NCBI GenBank assembly: GCA_032718475.1
Contig: JAUCBJ010007599.1
Span: 1 to 62,343 of the forward strand
DNA length: 62,343 bases
Direction: 5' to 3'
Origin: Nemertoderma westbladi
Taxonomy: Eukaryota; Animalia; Xenacoelomorpha
Shown piece by piece: positions 24,208 to 36,260 of the stretch. The notes beneath the pieces are model-generated. The model saw only the letters and a program-made list of their open reading frames with translations. It had not been told where the DNA came from and searched no databases. Numbering within the stretch: the first letter of the stretch is position 1; the number at the start of each line of letters is the position of its first letter. The position numbers and the translations under genes are program-made.

Positions 24208-25430
24208 TTGTAGATGTTCACAGTAAGCTTTATCATGCTGGTAGAGAACGAGTTCTTAGCGAAATTCGAACTCGCTATTATTTTCATAAACCCCGTAGAG
24301 CTCTGAACCAAGTTCTTAGGAGCTGTATACCCTGTAGGAAAGCATTCAGTAGGCCTTTAACACAGCGAGAGGCAGAATTACCTAGGGAACGAGTAAGCTT
24401 CTATGAACCACCCTTTACTAATACCGGTGTGGATTTATTTGGCCCTATTGAAGTATATCATGCTAGGACTATAGTCAAGAGATGGTGTGTCATCTTTGTC
24501 TGTATGACTTGTAGAGCTATCCATCTCGATATGGTGAATGATTTATCTACCAATAGCTTCATATTGAGCTTACGCCGACAGATCGCTCGCTTTGGAACTA
24601 GTAACACAATGAGATCTGATAAGGGAACGAACTTCATTGGTGCCAACAATGAAATCAAGGCTTACGTCAAAGATTGGAACCAAAGACAGGTGGACAATCA
24701 GCTAAGGGTAACAGCGTCTAGCTGGACCTTCAACGCCGCCGACGCCCCTTGGTGGGGAGGAAGTTGGGAGAGATTAATCAGGAGCGTGAAGACCGCATTT
24801 CACTTTATAGTGCCGTGCCGCGCGTATCTCACCGACGAACTTTTGCGGACGTTAATGGAGGAAATCGCCGCCTATCTCAACGAGAGACCGCTTATGCCAG
24901 TCTCATCGAGTCCCGATTCCCTGGAAGCGCTAACACCCGCGCACTTCCTACTGAAGAAACCTGTAGCCATGCTCCCAGGATCGGAAATCACGGACGGAGA
25001 CGAATACTGCCGGCAAACTTGGCAACTTATGCAGTTGTTATCCCGTCGTTTCGCTGACCATTTCGAAAAACATTCTCTGCCTACGCTACAACTTCGAACT
25101 AAGTGGTTTGCGCAGCAAGAAAACGTCAGCGCCGGAGACATGGTCCTTATTGTGGATTCAGATCTTCCACGTAAGCGGTGGCAGACAGGTTGTATCATCG
25201 AGACTCATATCTCGGATGATGGTTTGGTGCGATCGGTAGAACTCGTCGTCATGCGGCGTAACTTTAAGAAACCAGGAATTGTCTTCGAGACGCAGCAGCT
25301 CAATCGCCCAGTTGGTCGTTTATGTTTACTGCAAAGAGACAGAGAACTCTCCGGAAACTATGGAAGGCAATATACTCTTCCCACGACCACCTCCCTAATC
25401 CAACAAACATCTAGGGACTCCCCAACGTAA
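24204..25430 (+). CDS. BEL/Pao integrase (frameshifted from pol)
   Basis: HHCC Zn finger, GVDLFGP, SDKGTNF, PWWGGSWERL, LTPAHFL, DGLVRSV. Confidence 0.93.
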   Translation: MIVDVHSKLYHAGRERVLSEIRTRYYFHKPRRALNQVLRSCIPCRKAFSRPLTQREAELPRERVSFYEPPFTNTGVDLFGPIEVYHARTIVKRWCVIFVCMTCRAIHLDMVNDLSTNSFILSLRRQIARFGTSNTMRSDKGTNFIGANNEIKAYVKDWNQRQVDNQLRVTASSWTFNAADAPWWGGSWERLIRSVKTAFHFIVPCRAYLTDELLRTLMEEIAAYLNERPLMPVSSSPDSLEALTPAHFLLKKPVAMLPGSEITDGDEYCRQTWQLMQLLSRRFADHFEKHSLPTLQLRTKWFAQQENVSAGDMVLIVDSDLPRKRWQTGCIIETHISDDGLVRSVELVVMRRNFKKPGIVFETQQLNRPVGRLCLLQRDRELSGNYGRQYTLPTTTSLIQQTSRDSPT

Positions 25431-27138
25431 CAGCGTCTGGAGTGGGTGTGTGACTATATTATTTTATATTTGTTTTTATTATTTTATATTTATGTATGTA
25501 TTATTATGTAATTTTATTATAATCGTTTTCTTTAATTTTATTTAGTAGAATGTTATTTTAGCGATTATTTAGTAGATTAGTGCAATATATATTAGTGTTT
25601 ATTACTTACTTACTTATATTATATTATATATTTAGTGCAACGGTGAGAAATAATTATTTTTTTCTTTCCTTACTGTCCGTATCATATTATAAATACGTGA
25701 CTACAGTAAGATGAAATGTCCGTACTTATTAAAGTACAATAAAGCTCCTACTATATTTAAGTATTATTGGTAAGTAGAGTATTAGGAATGCAAAGTTCAG
25801 ATCCTCGTGTCTCAGCTAAACCAAGCTCTGGGCAGACCTTGGAAACGACTTGCCTCTTCTCACTGACATTGCTTCTTGCAATATTGCTCTCATACCGTAT
25901 ATTAAATAATACATATAGTAGCGTGATGTCCTTTTAACAGTAGCGTAAAACGCAAAATAAATCTGTTAAACCCTTTGACCATCTGTAATTCTAGTCGATT
26001 AAGATATCGCGTCACCCACCGATATACTTGAAAGACAAAATTCTAGAATCAGTGGTTAACGTCCCCAGACAAGTTCTGGAATAAATCGGTGCCCATCTTA
26101 AATATTAACTATTAATATTTATAAAATCTGTCAAACAAATACAATAGAGTAACTACTGACAAGTTAACTCTAGAAAATCTATAAATTAAAATCTGTCAAA
26201 ATTTAGATCCTTTAAAATTCTAGTCAATTAAGATATCGTAGCACTTACCGATACTCTTAAAAGGACAAATTTCCTAGAATCAAGGATCCCAGTCCCCAGA
26301 CATGTTCTGGAATAAAATTGTGTCTATTTCAATATTAAATAATAAAATTTACGGGAATAAATTTAAATTCATTTCTTTTAATGAATTTTATAAATTGTCA
26401 TTTTTATACAATTTATAACATTCCCAAAATTCCATTAATTAATAGATCATGGGAGCGGAGATTCACCCTATTAAGTATATTAGTGTGCGAGAATGTCCAA
26501 TATATAGTCAATAGCCGATAAAATTCATAAAATCATGTATAAAGAGGAATATTGACAATTAAAGAATTACTATTAAATAGCATCCCAGATCTGTATGCAT
26601 GAGAATTACCCTAATTCTACTGCTAGCTTTCCATAATGTCACCATGGCAACAACCACGCTAGAATTAGAAGTGAGTTAAAAGAACAATAAAGGCTTGCCC
26701 CATTGAATAGCATAAGGAATAAATAGCACACTGCTAGTATCCAAGGATACCCAATAATAACGTGGCATTCTGGAAGGCACTTGACTAACGGACAAATGGC
26801 CCGAATGTGTGCGGTTTGTGACAGTTGTGTGGAATTTGTGCGTTTATAGGTGAATGTTACTACTAAAGTGTGTTTACAGTAGCGAGTCGCAATTGTGAAA
26901 GTAGCCCTAACTCTGCAGTAAGAACCTGAAGTAAATCTTAGCCCTTGGGACAGACAGTGGAGTGACTCGCGCTGGTTGTTGTTGTCATTGTGCAGCTACT
27001 ATGTTGGCGATAGGCACAGCGGCGACAGTACATCAGTGCTGAGGATCTTGCGCTGTCCGGGGGCCGTGAGGGGTAGGCAGCGACGCCCGCTAGCCTAATT
27101 ATAACTAATTATAATATTGATAAACTCATATAGCAGCT

Positions 27139-28648
27139 ATGACTGAGTTGATATAAGATGATCTTGGTATCAGGGAGCGATATACTCTACCGTTGCAAGC
27201 GTTTGTTGATAGCTTAATACGCGGCGACGCTAGTCCAACTACTACGGAGGACGATGGTCGTTATATCGAACCGCCAATGTCCCAGGAGCAACTCACTTGT
27301 GAATTGGGCTATCGAAAATTCACTGCTCGCTATACGCATCGTAATGGTACGCATATGGACTTCTTAACTACTGGTCATCCTATCGATTTACCCGATACGG
27401 ACGATGTCGACACCGAAAGGGAAATGGTCCTATTTAAATATCATACCCAGCGGAGTCGGAACGAAAAACTGAGAATCGAATGCGAAAATTATATTCGAAA
27501 TCGACTTGAAAGAGAGGATGTTAAAGAACCGGATAAATGCAGTGACTCCAACGTATATTTGGAATTCTTGAGAGAAACATTGTAAAACTGAAGAAAGATC
27601 ACCCGCGTTTCCCTTACAAGACGTGCGTCTTTGGTATTATTGCAATGAATGCCCAAGACCCAACCAACAAATGGAAAGACATAAACATCCGCGGAGACGT
27701 TGCTCTAAACACAGTTTTACTCGCTATATTTACGGGAGTTTCGAGCGAAACTTGTTCGATGTATCACCTACGCTCGCTCGACTCAAACGATCCTTAAATA
27801 AACCTATGATCAGAGTTCCGGAATACTCGGTCAGACCTCCTCACTCCCTCGTGAGACCTCAGACTCTTGATCCTAATAGTATCACGGATCCTCCCGAACT
27901 GTACTCACTGTTCAAAGATCTAGTGTTACCCAAACAATTAGTCGGTGGCACTCTGGTTGTGGGCTCCCTAAATATTCGCCCATCTTACCTAGTCGGATTG
28001 GGACGCGGACATCTAATATCGCCATTCAACCGTATCATCGTCCCCGGTTTAACCCGATACAACCTGTCACTGAGGTGGAGGAGAGAGTTGTACGAAACGC
28101 GTTGGACACTATTCGTCAAAAGATCGGAAAAGGAACCTACAATTGTTTAGAGAAACGTAAATTGCAGCAACAAGTCCAAGCGGTAAACGAATTAGCTTTA
28201 TCTCAGTTCGATCAGGAAATCCAGAATCTATAAGAAGATATCGAACTTGGACGACTCTACTTTCTGCAAGAGTTTGGACAAATGTTTTCAACGACAAGCG
28301 GAGGAAAATCAGCTCGAGGAGAAGCATATCGATTCCGATAGAGCCCGAGAACGCGAGTTGGAAAGAATCATCAAACCAAGGAAATCTCTCACTACACATG
28401 GTCCACCTACCGCTCTCGTGCAAACGACCCATCAGGGACCAGTAAGAGCTGCTGTCTCAAAACGCGCTCTCAAGGTTGTTCGACCTTGTTCCACTGAGGT
28501 TGATACCGATCGTAACCCTAAACCTTCTGATGCAATTGTATTGCACCCTTCACCCAAGAGTTATAGCCCTCCTAGTAAAGTGGCTCTCCCCAAAGAGAAA
28601 GGGACTCTTGCTAGCCTCAAAAAACTGCGTAAACGCCGTTCGCGTTAG
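27139..28648 (+). pseudogene. Decayed extra ORF (ORF3) of unknown function, probably belonging to BEL family B
   Basis: ATG 27139 is in frame with 27193 across one stop; chain of ORFs 27193-27585, 27623-28150 and 28247-28648 on the same strand ends 88 bp before a PPT-like site. Confidence 0.55.
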
Positions 28649-30003
28649 AAAGACTAATTGTTTAGAGTATTTTTATATTTTAGAAACTGTGATTTTTTAT
28701 ATTTTATAGAATTAAATCCCATTTTCTGGGAGCGGTGTAAAGGCTTTTGCGGATCTAGCTAGTCATTTTCCCCGCAAAGTACTATGTAGGTGTTTTAGCG
28801 GACATAAAAAGCCGTTTTCTTACTGTGTAGGTGTTTTAGCGGACATAAAAAGCCATTTTTCTGTATGTGTACTTTAGCGGACATAACAAGCAATTTTATG
28901 CCACAATACGCCAAAATACTCATAATACAGTGTAGATCAGATGACGACATCTATCAGCTGATATGTCGACGTGGAGCTTTTCTTTGTTCTTTGTTCGGCT
29001 CGACCAATCAGAGCGATTTTCATTTTATTTGCACAGAAGCCTCCGGGAAATCGCGCAATGCATTATGGTCTTTGTTTACCTTTTTCCCTGAGCCCAGAAC
29101 ATCGGCTTTGGAATTATTCTGTGTTTCAGACTTTAGCCAAACATTAGAACGGCTTTGATCATAGAAACGTATAACTGTTATCAAACCAAACCAGTACAAA
29201 CTGGACACACAACACGGCTCAGAACACCGCATTATTTTACTGCTATTTACTGTCGGTTATTAAGTGTTATCATTTGATGGATATGTTGTTATATTTGGAG
29301 AATATTGATAAATAATCAGAAAACCCCTGTCCTTTGTCCTTGACAGTTGTGGGCTTCCGTACATAAATACTAAAAGTCCCTAAATAAGAACTTTTTGACC
29401 TGGGTTTCTTATTTAGGAATACCGGTACAATTGTATTCCAAAATCTGCACGCACACTCCTTAAATAAATTAAATATTCCTTATTCCTTACAGCTGTACAG
29501 TACCGGTAGGTGTTACACTTCTTTCATAATTCTTTGATTTATGTCAGTCTGTATATTGCTAATTGTTGGGTTTGGAAGGACAATGGTTGCACTGCACTCT
29601 ATAAATCCTCTATAGAATATCGTATCATAATGAAGTTGCTAGCACTGGCATTCTTACCTCAGGCTGCATACGGTAGTATAGAATAGCCCATTGATATTCA
29701 AAAGAATAGCCCATCGCCCATCTGAGCGCACAGACATTGTCACGTATTTTGATATGAGACATGACTCAAGTAACTGGGCATCACTGGGCATTGATGAACG
29801 TGGTCGGGCCCTTGCGAAATACCGCCTTGGGAGCAAGGTTTTAAGCAGATTGGCTAAAAAGCCACCTAAAAATTTTATAACCAAGGAGGAGGACTAAAAT
29901 CCATTGTAGAATCTTTTACAACGCTAGTAATCCAAATTATTGACACTAGTTTCTAGTGTATATACTGTATTTCACATGATGCGTTAGAATTCTGGTGCCA
30001 GAT

Positions 30004-30350
30004 CCTGAGCGAAACACAATAACTGCCGGTTTATTTATTGAGAAACCGCCATTTTATCCCAATAAACTGGTGGTTTCTATGCATATTAACCCCTGAGCGA
30101 AACACAATAACTGCCGGTTTATTCATTGAGAAACCGCCATTTTATCCCAATAAACTGGTGGTTTCTATGTATATTAACCCCTGTGCGAATCGGTACGGCA
30201 GCATGACTATAATACACAGGGACATAACATAGACCCGGTTGAGGGGGATATTGCAGATAGGCAATATAAACAACCAAGAACATTAAGGAACACGAGAACA
30301 AATATATGCAAATACCCGGTTGAGGGGGATATTGCAGATAGATGGATGGG
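30004..30350. repeat. Short tandem duplications (about 88 bp and about 90 bp units)
   Basis: CCTGAGCGAAACACAATAACTGCCGG twice; CCCGGTTGAGGGGGATATTGCAGATAG twice. Confidence 0.8.
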
Positions 30351-30609
30351 CCCCAATATATTAACATCAACCCCAGTACCAAACATAACACTGGTGGGGG
30401 GGGGGGGGCAGGGTGACATTCCCCCATTACAAAATATCCGCAGTATAAACAACCAAGAACAAGCTAGAGGAAACAAGTAGGGTGAGCTAGAGGAGAAAGG
30501 TGGGAGAGATGAGAAGGGTACAGGGGGTGCGTTGAACAAAGTAGGGCACAGGCGTGATGACGTGTTTGATGTAAGAGCAGGGTATGTTAATTAGGGTTAG
30601 TATTAGCAG

Positions 30610-31440
30610 AGTGGAGGTAGAGTTAGTAAGAGGGTATGTAGTACCGGTTGTGGTTGTGGGCACCGTTAGCACCACGTAGATGGAGGTAGAGTTAGTAAGA
30701 GGGTACGTAGTACCGGTTGTGGTTGTGGGCACCGTTAGCGCCACGTAGATAGAGGTAGAGTTAGTAAGAGGGTACGTAGTACCGGTTGTGGTTGTGGGCA
30801 CCGTTAGCGCCACGTAGATAGAGGTAGAGTTAGTAAGAGGGTACGTAGTACCGGTTGTGGTTGTGGGCACCGCAAGCGCCACATAGATGGAGGTAGAGTT
30901 AGTAGTAGTCTACACAATTAACATACCCACTCTGCCGGCACTCAGAGCGTCGCGTGCAGGTAGAGGAGTTAGTGAGAGTAGTGAGAAGGTAGGTAGTACC
31001 GTTAGCTGGAGAAGTTAGTAGAAGTAGTAAGAGGGTATGTAGTACCGTTAGTAAGAGAGATAGAAGTAGTGAGAGGGTACGTAGTACCGTTAGTTATAGA
31101 GTGTAGTACCGTTAGTAAGAGAGTTAGAAGTAGTAAGAGGGTACGTAGTACCGTTAGTTGAGAGAGTTAGAGAGTCAGTAGAGTTAGTGGAGGTAGAGAG
31201 CCAGTAGAGTTAGAGAGTCAGTAGAGTTAGAGAGTCAGTAGAGTTAGAGAGTCAGTAGAGCCAGGGAGTTAGTAGAGCTAGTGGAGTTAGCAGAGTTAGT
31301 AGAGCTAGTGGAGTAGAGTTAGTAGAGAGTAAATGGAGTTAGCAGAGTTAGTAGAGCTAGTGGAGTAGACTTAGTAGAGAGTTAGTAGCGGAGTTAGAGG
31401 TAGTAGTAGAATTAGAGTTAGCAGAGTTAGTTAGATAAGA
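30610..31440 (+). repeat. Array of 69-bp units (about 4), then shorter GTTAG/GTAG-rich units, core GAGGGTACGTAGTACCG
   Basis: Direct reading; 23-codon periodicity in antisense ORF 30487-30882. Confidence 0.9.
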
Positions 31441-32561
31441 AGTTAGTAAGTAAGTAGATAGTATGATAGCACAGGGGCAAACATGGGTGAAACAAAAATA
31501 AAAGTGAAAGTTAAGAATATCAGGATCACCTCCGAACTACAGAAGGGCCTTCTAGGCGGCCTTCGGAGGTCTGGTAGACCGCCCGGGGCTGGAGGGCGAG
31601 TCGGTGTAATACAACAGCCGGCATCTAGTAGACAGGGAGGTGGATACACAAGAGAGCTGGGAGAAGTTGGAAGGGGATAGACTGGAGGGGAAGCGACTGG
31701 AAGAAGTCGTCAGGCGAGAAAGGCGGAGAGCGCGTTATGAAGCGCGTTATGTAGACGAGCATATAATATAATACATATAATAATTATTATTATAATACTA
31801 TAAAAAATTATATAATAATTCGTATATATATTATACAATATGTACCGTAGTCAAGCACAACCTTTTTCCAATTAGCTACTGGGACTGGGGACTAATTGAC
31901 TAGGGCGACAGGACGGGACTTAGACGGCTCCCACTAACATGTGCGCACATGCGTGGGACCCGATAAGTGTGTGGTCATTAAACAACAGGGCGGAGTCCAG
32001 GATTTATTGTGAAAGCTCGTATCCTGCGGGATAAGAATCGTGCAGATGGGCACTACCGGGGTATGAGTAGGAGGGGCACTTGGTGGGACCACAGGTGAGG
32101 AGAATGAGAGGAGTATGAGAGGAATGTGAGAAGAGTATGGGAGGAGAACGCAAGAGAGATAGCGAGAGGTGGTGTGGAGATAGCGCGGAGAGAGTGTGGG
32201 TGCAATTCAAGCATGGGGGGGGGGGAGAAGTAAGAGGCAGATTGAGGGACGAGGAGGTCCGAGAGTGTGTAAGAGTTGGGGTGAGATTGGAGGAGAGTTA
32301 GGGCGAAAGTGTTGGGGAAACAAAATTGTGTGGGAGAAGCGCACGATCGGCCCAACACGGGATGCCAGATGTCTTGGTACAAGATAGGTAGAGTTGTACC
32401 AAGACGGGGTAGCAATATCATACCCATAGGGAGCGGCCTGGAAAGCCGGCTCCGAGAAAATAGCTCCACCCCACACCCGATACTAGATTGGGATCCAGCG
32501 GAATTGTAGCGCACTAGAGGTGGATGCTATCTTCTCACCGGGAAGATAGCATGGGGGGGAG

Positions 32562-33127
32562 TGTTAGCTTATTCAATTCCGCTAACCACCCCATAAAGTG
32601 AGTCTTAAGCAATGTTGGGGAACACGAGGGTGACTATCAATCAACGTCGTGTCACCCCAACAAAGTGGGAAGGAGAAACCCCAGAGAACACACACACAAT
32701 AGGGGTCAGGGGTTACACCCCTGAGAGAGAGGGAATAACAGCACCGAAGGGAAACACTCCAAGGGAGGTGAAAGGGCGACAATTAGGTTATCAGCCAATA
32801 GGGGGAAGCATCGACTGAGTAACACCACATGGCCAACCGTGCAATATATATATATTACCGGTAACCGTGTCATTCATTCAGTTCAGCTAGTCAGTGCAGT
32901 TAGGGTGGAGCGGGAACTTCTATCACCATCCGCTACCGCCATCACATGTAATACTTTACCGGTATATCATTCACCTATCTTCTGTGTCTATGTTCTATTT
33001 ATTATTTATACATATGCCTATCAACAACATTGGGACTCTCATTGCAACAAACTCTTTTCATACACGGCGGGGACGCGTAAGGTAGAAAACCCAAAAGGAT
33101 AAATTGGGGTCGACCGATCCCGTCACA
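32562..33127 (+). repeat. 3' LTR of family A copy 2
   Basis: PPT ATGGGGGGGAG, TGTTAG start, CCAAT and TATA boxes, GATCCCGTCACA end abutting an RTE fragment. Confidence 0.78.
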
Positions 33128-33871
33128 ATTGTTGGTCTTTTTATTAACTCCAGAAAGACCAAAATTTTGACAGTTAACTTTGAAAGTCCTCAGCAAGTCT
33201 CTGATCGGATGAGCATAAGCTCAAAGGATTGTATGCTTGAGCATGTGGACGACTTCTGTTACCTGGGATCATGGATCCGGAAGTCAGGTGAGGACCTTCG
33301 AATACGTAAGGGAAAGGCATGGGCAGCCTTGAATAGGCTTTCCAGGATTTGGAAGTCACCGTGAATTATTCGGAAACTTAAGGTCCGATTATTTTGAGCA
33401 GCAGTAGTTCCAGTACTCCTCTATGGGAGACCATGCTGGGCTCTAACTGCTGAGAACACCAAATCTCTGGGTGGTACATTCACAAGAATGCTATGCCGGG
33501 TTCATTGTGTTAAGTACAATGCACATTGCACACATCTCCAACCAGACACTATATAACATTGGAGGTGTCTCATTGGTTCCCCCAAGCTTGACACTAGAAC
33601 AAAATCGCCTCCGCATTGCAGGACATTGCTTTCGCCGTGAGGAACAGCTAGTGCATAATCTTGTACTTTGGCAGCCTCATGGAGTGAATAAGCATGGTGG
33701 AAAGCCCATGACTTTCTTGAGACGTATTTTAAAGGACACTGGCTTTGAAGATGCAGATGATCTAGCAAATGTCATGGGTGATAGGGAGTTGTGGCGGCGC
33801 AATTTTGTCGACAAGCCGGCACAGCATTTTTAAAAATGCAGCTGCAATGCAGCATACCGATCCAAGTAGTA
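33128..33871 (+). mobile_element. RTE-group LINE 3' fragment, close copy of 55341-56075
   Basis: Near-identical sequence with stops; ends in AGTAGTAG. Confidence 0.92.
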
Positions 33872-33909
33872 GAGCCACAAAAAAAAACACTACTCAAGCG
33901 CGCTCGCAA

Positions 33910-34540
33910 GGGTGGTCTAACTAATACCCTGAGTCTCCCTGAGGGCGCATGCGCTCTAACTAGCTCCCTGAGTCTCCCCGTGGGCGCGGGCGCTGTAACT
34001 ACCACCCTGAGTCTCTCCAAGGGCATGGGCGCTCTAACTACTGGCCTGAGTCTCCCCGTGGGCGCAGACGCTGTAACTACCGCCCTGAGTTTCCCCAAGG
34101 GCATGGGTGCTCTAACTACCACACTGAGTCTCCCCGAGGGCGCGGGCGCTGTAACTACTGCCCAGAGTCTCCCCGATGGTGCGGGCGCTCTAACTACCAC
34201 CCTGAGTCTCCCCGAGGGCGTGGGTGCTCTAACTACCGCCCTGAGTCTCCCCGTGGGCGCAGACGCTGTAACTACTGCCCTGAGTCTCCCCGAGGGCATG
34301 GGTGCTCTAACTACCACCCTGAGTCTCCCCGAGGGCGCGGGCGCTGTAACTACCACCCTGAGTCTCCCCGATGGTGCGGGCACTCTAACTACCGCCCTGA
34401 GTCTCCACGAGGGCGCGGGCGCTCTAACTACTGCCCTGAGTCTCCCCGAGGGCACGGGCGCTCTAACTACCGTCCTGAGTCTCCCTGAGGGCGTGAGCGC
34501 TCTAACTACCACCCTGAGTCTCCTGAAGGGCGTGGGCGCG
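33910..34540. repeat. 39-bp GC-rich minisatellite, about 16 copies
   Basis: (CCCTGAGTCTCCCCGAGGGCGCGGGCGCTSTAACTACCA)n. Confidence 0.95.
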
Positions 34541-35482
34541 CTTGTGTGTCTGTTAGTTTGGGTATGTGTCTGAGTGTTTAATGATTACAATTTTCTATTA
34601 TGATACAGATTGTTATTTATTAGCTAATTGTATCACAGGCTCGGCTTCATTCTGTTCAATAGGGCGCGTTTAAGTTGCAAATTAAATTATTTCTGTAAGT
34701 TTTTATGTGAGGCAATGTTATCAAAATTCTAAAAGGGGACAACAGGTGGAGTTACAGAAGTTATGACGAGTCAAAGTTATTCCACACATTAAATAAACAC
34801 TGAGAATTTTATTTATGACTTTAACCCCTGACTGCACGTTTTTTTGATTGGTAGTTTCTTAATGTATCCTTTAACATGTATTGTGTTACTTGGTTGGCAT
34901 AATAATATAACTGTTCAATCAATGAAAGCTTAGCACTTTTATAATTATTATATTAATTATCAGTTAAATTATGAATTAATTGTCTGTCTGTCTGTTTTTT
35001 GTTTTTTTGTTTGGTTGTTTGTTTGTTTCTTTTTTTATCTGTCTGTTTACATGTGTGTCTGTTTCTTCTTTGTATGTTTCTTTGTTTATCTGCCTGTCTG
35101 TTTGTTTGTTTGCTTCTTTGTTTATCTGTCTGTATGTCTGTTTGTGTTATATTTTACATGTTTCTTGCTATTGAGCTACTAAGTTACCACTGCATACTCA
35201 TCTATATTTATTCTTACGTAGTTAGTTACCAGCCAGCATTCATATAACACATATCTTCCATTTTGTATCCTGTGTTTTAGTTAACAAGGGTTATTGTTTT
35301 ATTTTTTGATATAATTTTAATTGTTTTTTTTTTAAATGTATTAGATTACAATAATTATCAACGAGTGATATATTTTGAAATAGATAGGGTACTGCCAACA
35401 ACTAACAGTACAACATCAACTTCCATAGTGTAACATTCTGTTTCTAACTTTTTCTGATATTATCTATTTTTATATTTTTCAG

Positions 35483-36078
35483 CTTGGAATCCGATAGTGG
35501 TGGAGATGATCAACACCGGGCAGACTGTGGGCCGGGCTGCTGCCCAATTGGGACTAATGCAACTCGAATGCGGCGGTGACGACAGGGACTGCATGTTTGC
35601 CTCGATAGTCACCGCCGTATACCTAGGAACTGCACAGTTATACAATGTAGGTGAGTTACGTAATACGGCCGCCAAATTTTTTAATGATAATCCAGAGTAT
35701 CGTGGATTTTTGGAAATGGGGGGTTAAACATACGCAAGGTATATAGAGAACCTACGTCACGGAGCGGAATGGGGAACCCATGCAATATTGTGTGCCCTTT
35801 CATATTCATTGGGTTACACTTTCAATATTCATACGTGGGATGGGCAAATGGGGAACGATATTATCATCAGGGCAGCGGGGGTGGTTATTCATCTGGGTTT
35901 CGTTCTGGGCCACTATACTGCATTGGTTCCCCATTTCCAGCAACCAAGGGGACATTTCTACGCCCAACCGGATATGGAAATGAATCGTGGGGTGGGTAAT
36001 GTAGGTAGGCCAAGTAGTGTAGGGGGGCCAAGTAGTATAGGGGGGCCGAGCAGTGTAGGGGGACCAAGTAGTGTGTAG
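35483..36078 (+). pseudogene. OTU-family cysteine protease (deubiquitinase-like) domain with one in-frame stop
   Basis: GDDRDCMFAS..LRN.AA..YIENL..EWG..ALS..IHLGFVLGHYTAL; ORFs 35497-35727 and 35788-36078 share a frame; pyrimidine tract plus CAG acceptor ends at 35482. Confidence 0.72.
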
Positions 36079-36260
36079 GGGGGCCAAGTAGTGTAGGGGT
36101 GCCGAATAGTGTAGGGGGCCGAGTAGTGTAGGTAGGCCAAGTAGTGTAGGGGGGCCGAGTAGTGTAGGGGGCCGAATAGTGTAGGGGGGGGGGGGGGGGG
36201 GGTGGGGTGTGAGTAGTGTAGGGGGACCAATTAGTGTAGGGGGGCCGAGTGATGTAGGCA
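35995..36260. repeat. G-rich 17-18 bp minisatellite (GGGGGCCRAGTAGTGTA)n
   Basis: Direct reading. Confidence 0.85.

Larger units (their letters stand above)
22141..28900 (+). mobile_element. BEL/Pao LTR retrotransposon family B, 5'-truncated (RT-RH-IN, long spacer, decayed ORF3, probable LTR start at 28736)
   Basis: Begins at RVVFD; RT-RH-IN order; CTGGGAGCGG-TGTAAAGG PPT/LTR-like junction. The right boundary is uncertain. Confidence 0.75.
30590..33127 (+). mobile_element. Family A-related copy 2 (repeat array, no recognisable ORF3, structured UTR, 3' LTR)
   Basis: Same array core; 31840-33127 homologous to the reverse complement of 7766-8910. The left boundary is unknown. Confidence 0.8.

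Noticed and set aside
29654-29897. Possible host exon
   Set aside because: Short, no recognisable domain, no convincing partner exons
30487-30882. Thr-rich mucin-like ORF
   Set aside because: Antisense translation of the 69-bp array
33772-34573. 260-aa and 246-aa repeat proteins
   Set aside because: Products of a stop-free 39-bp minisatellite on both strands; no independent coding evidence
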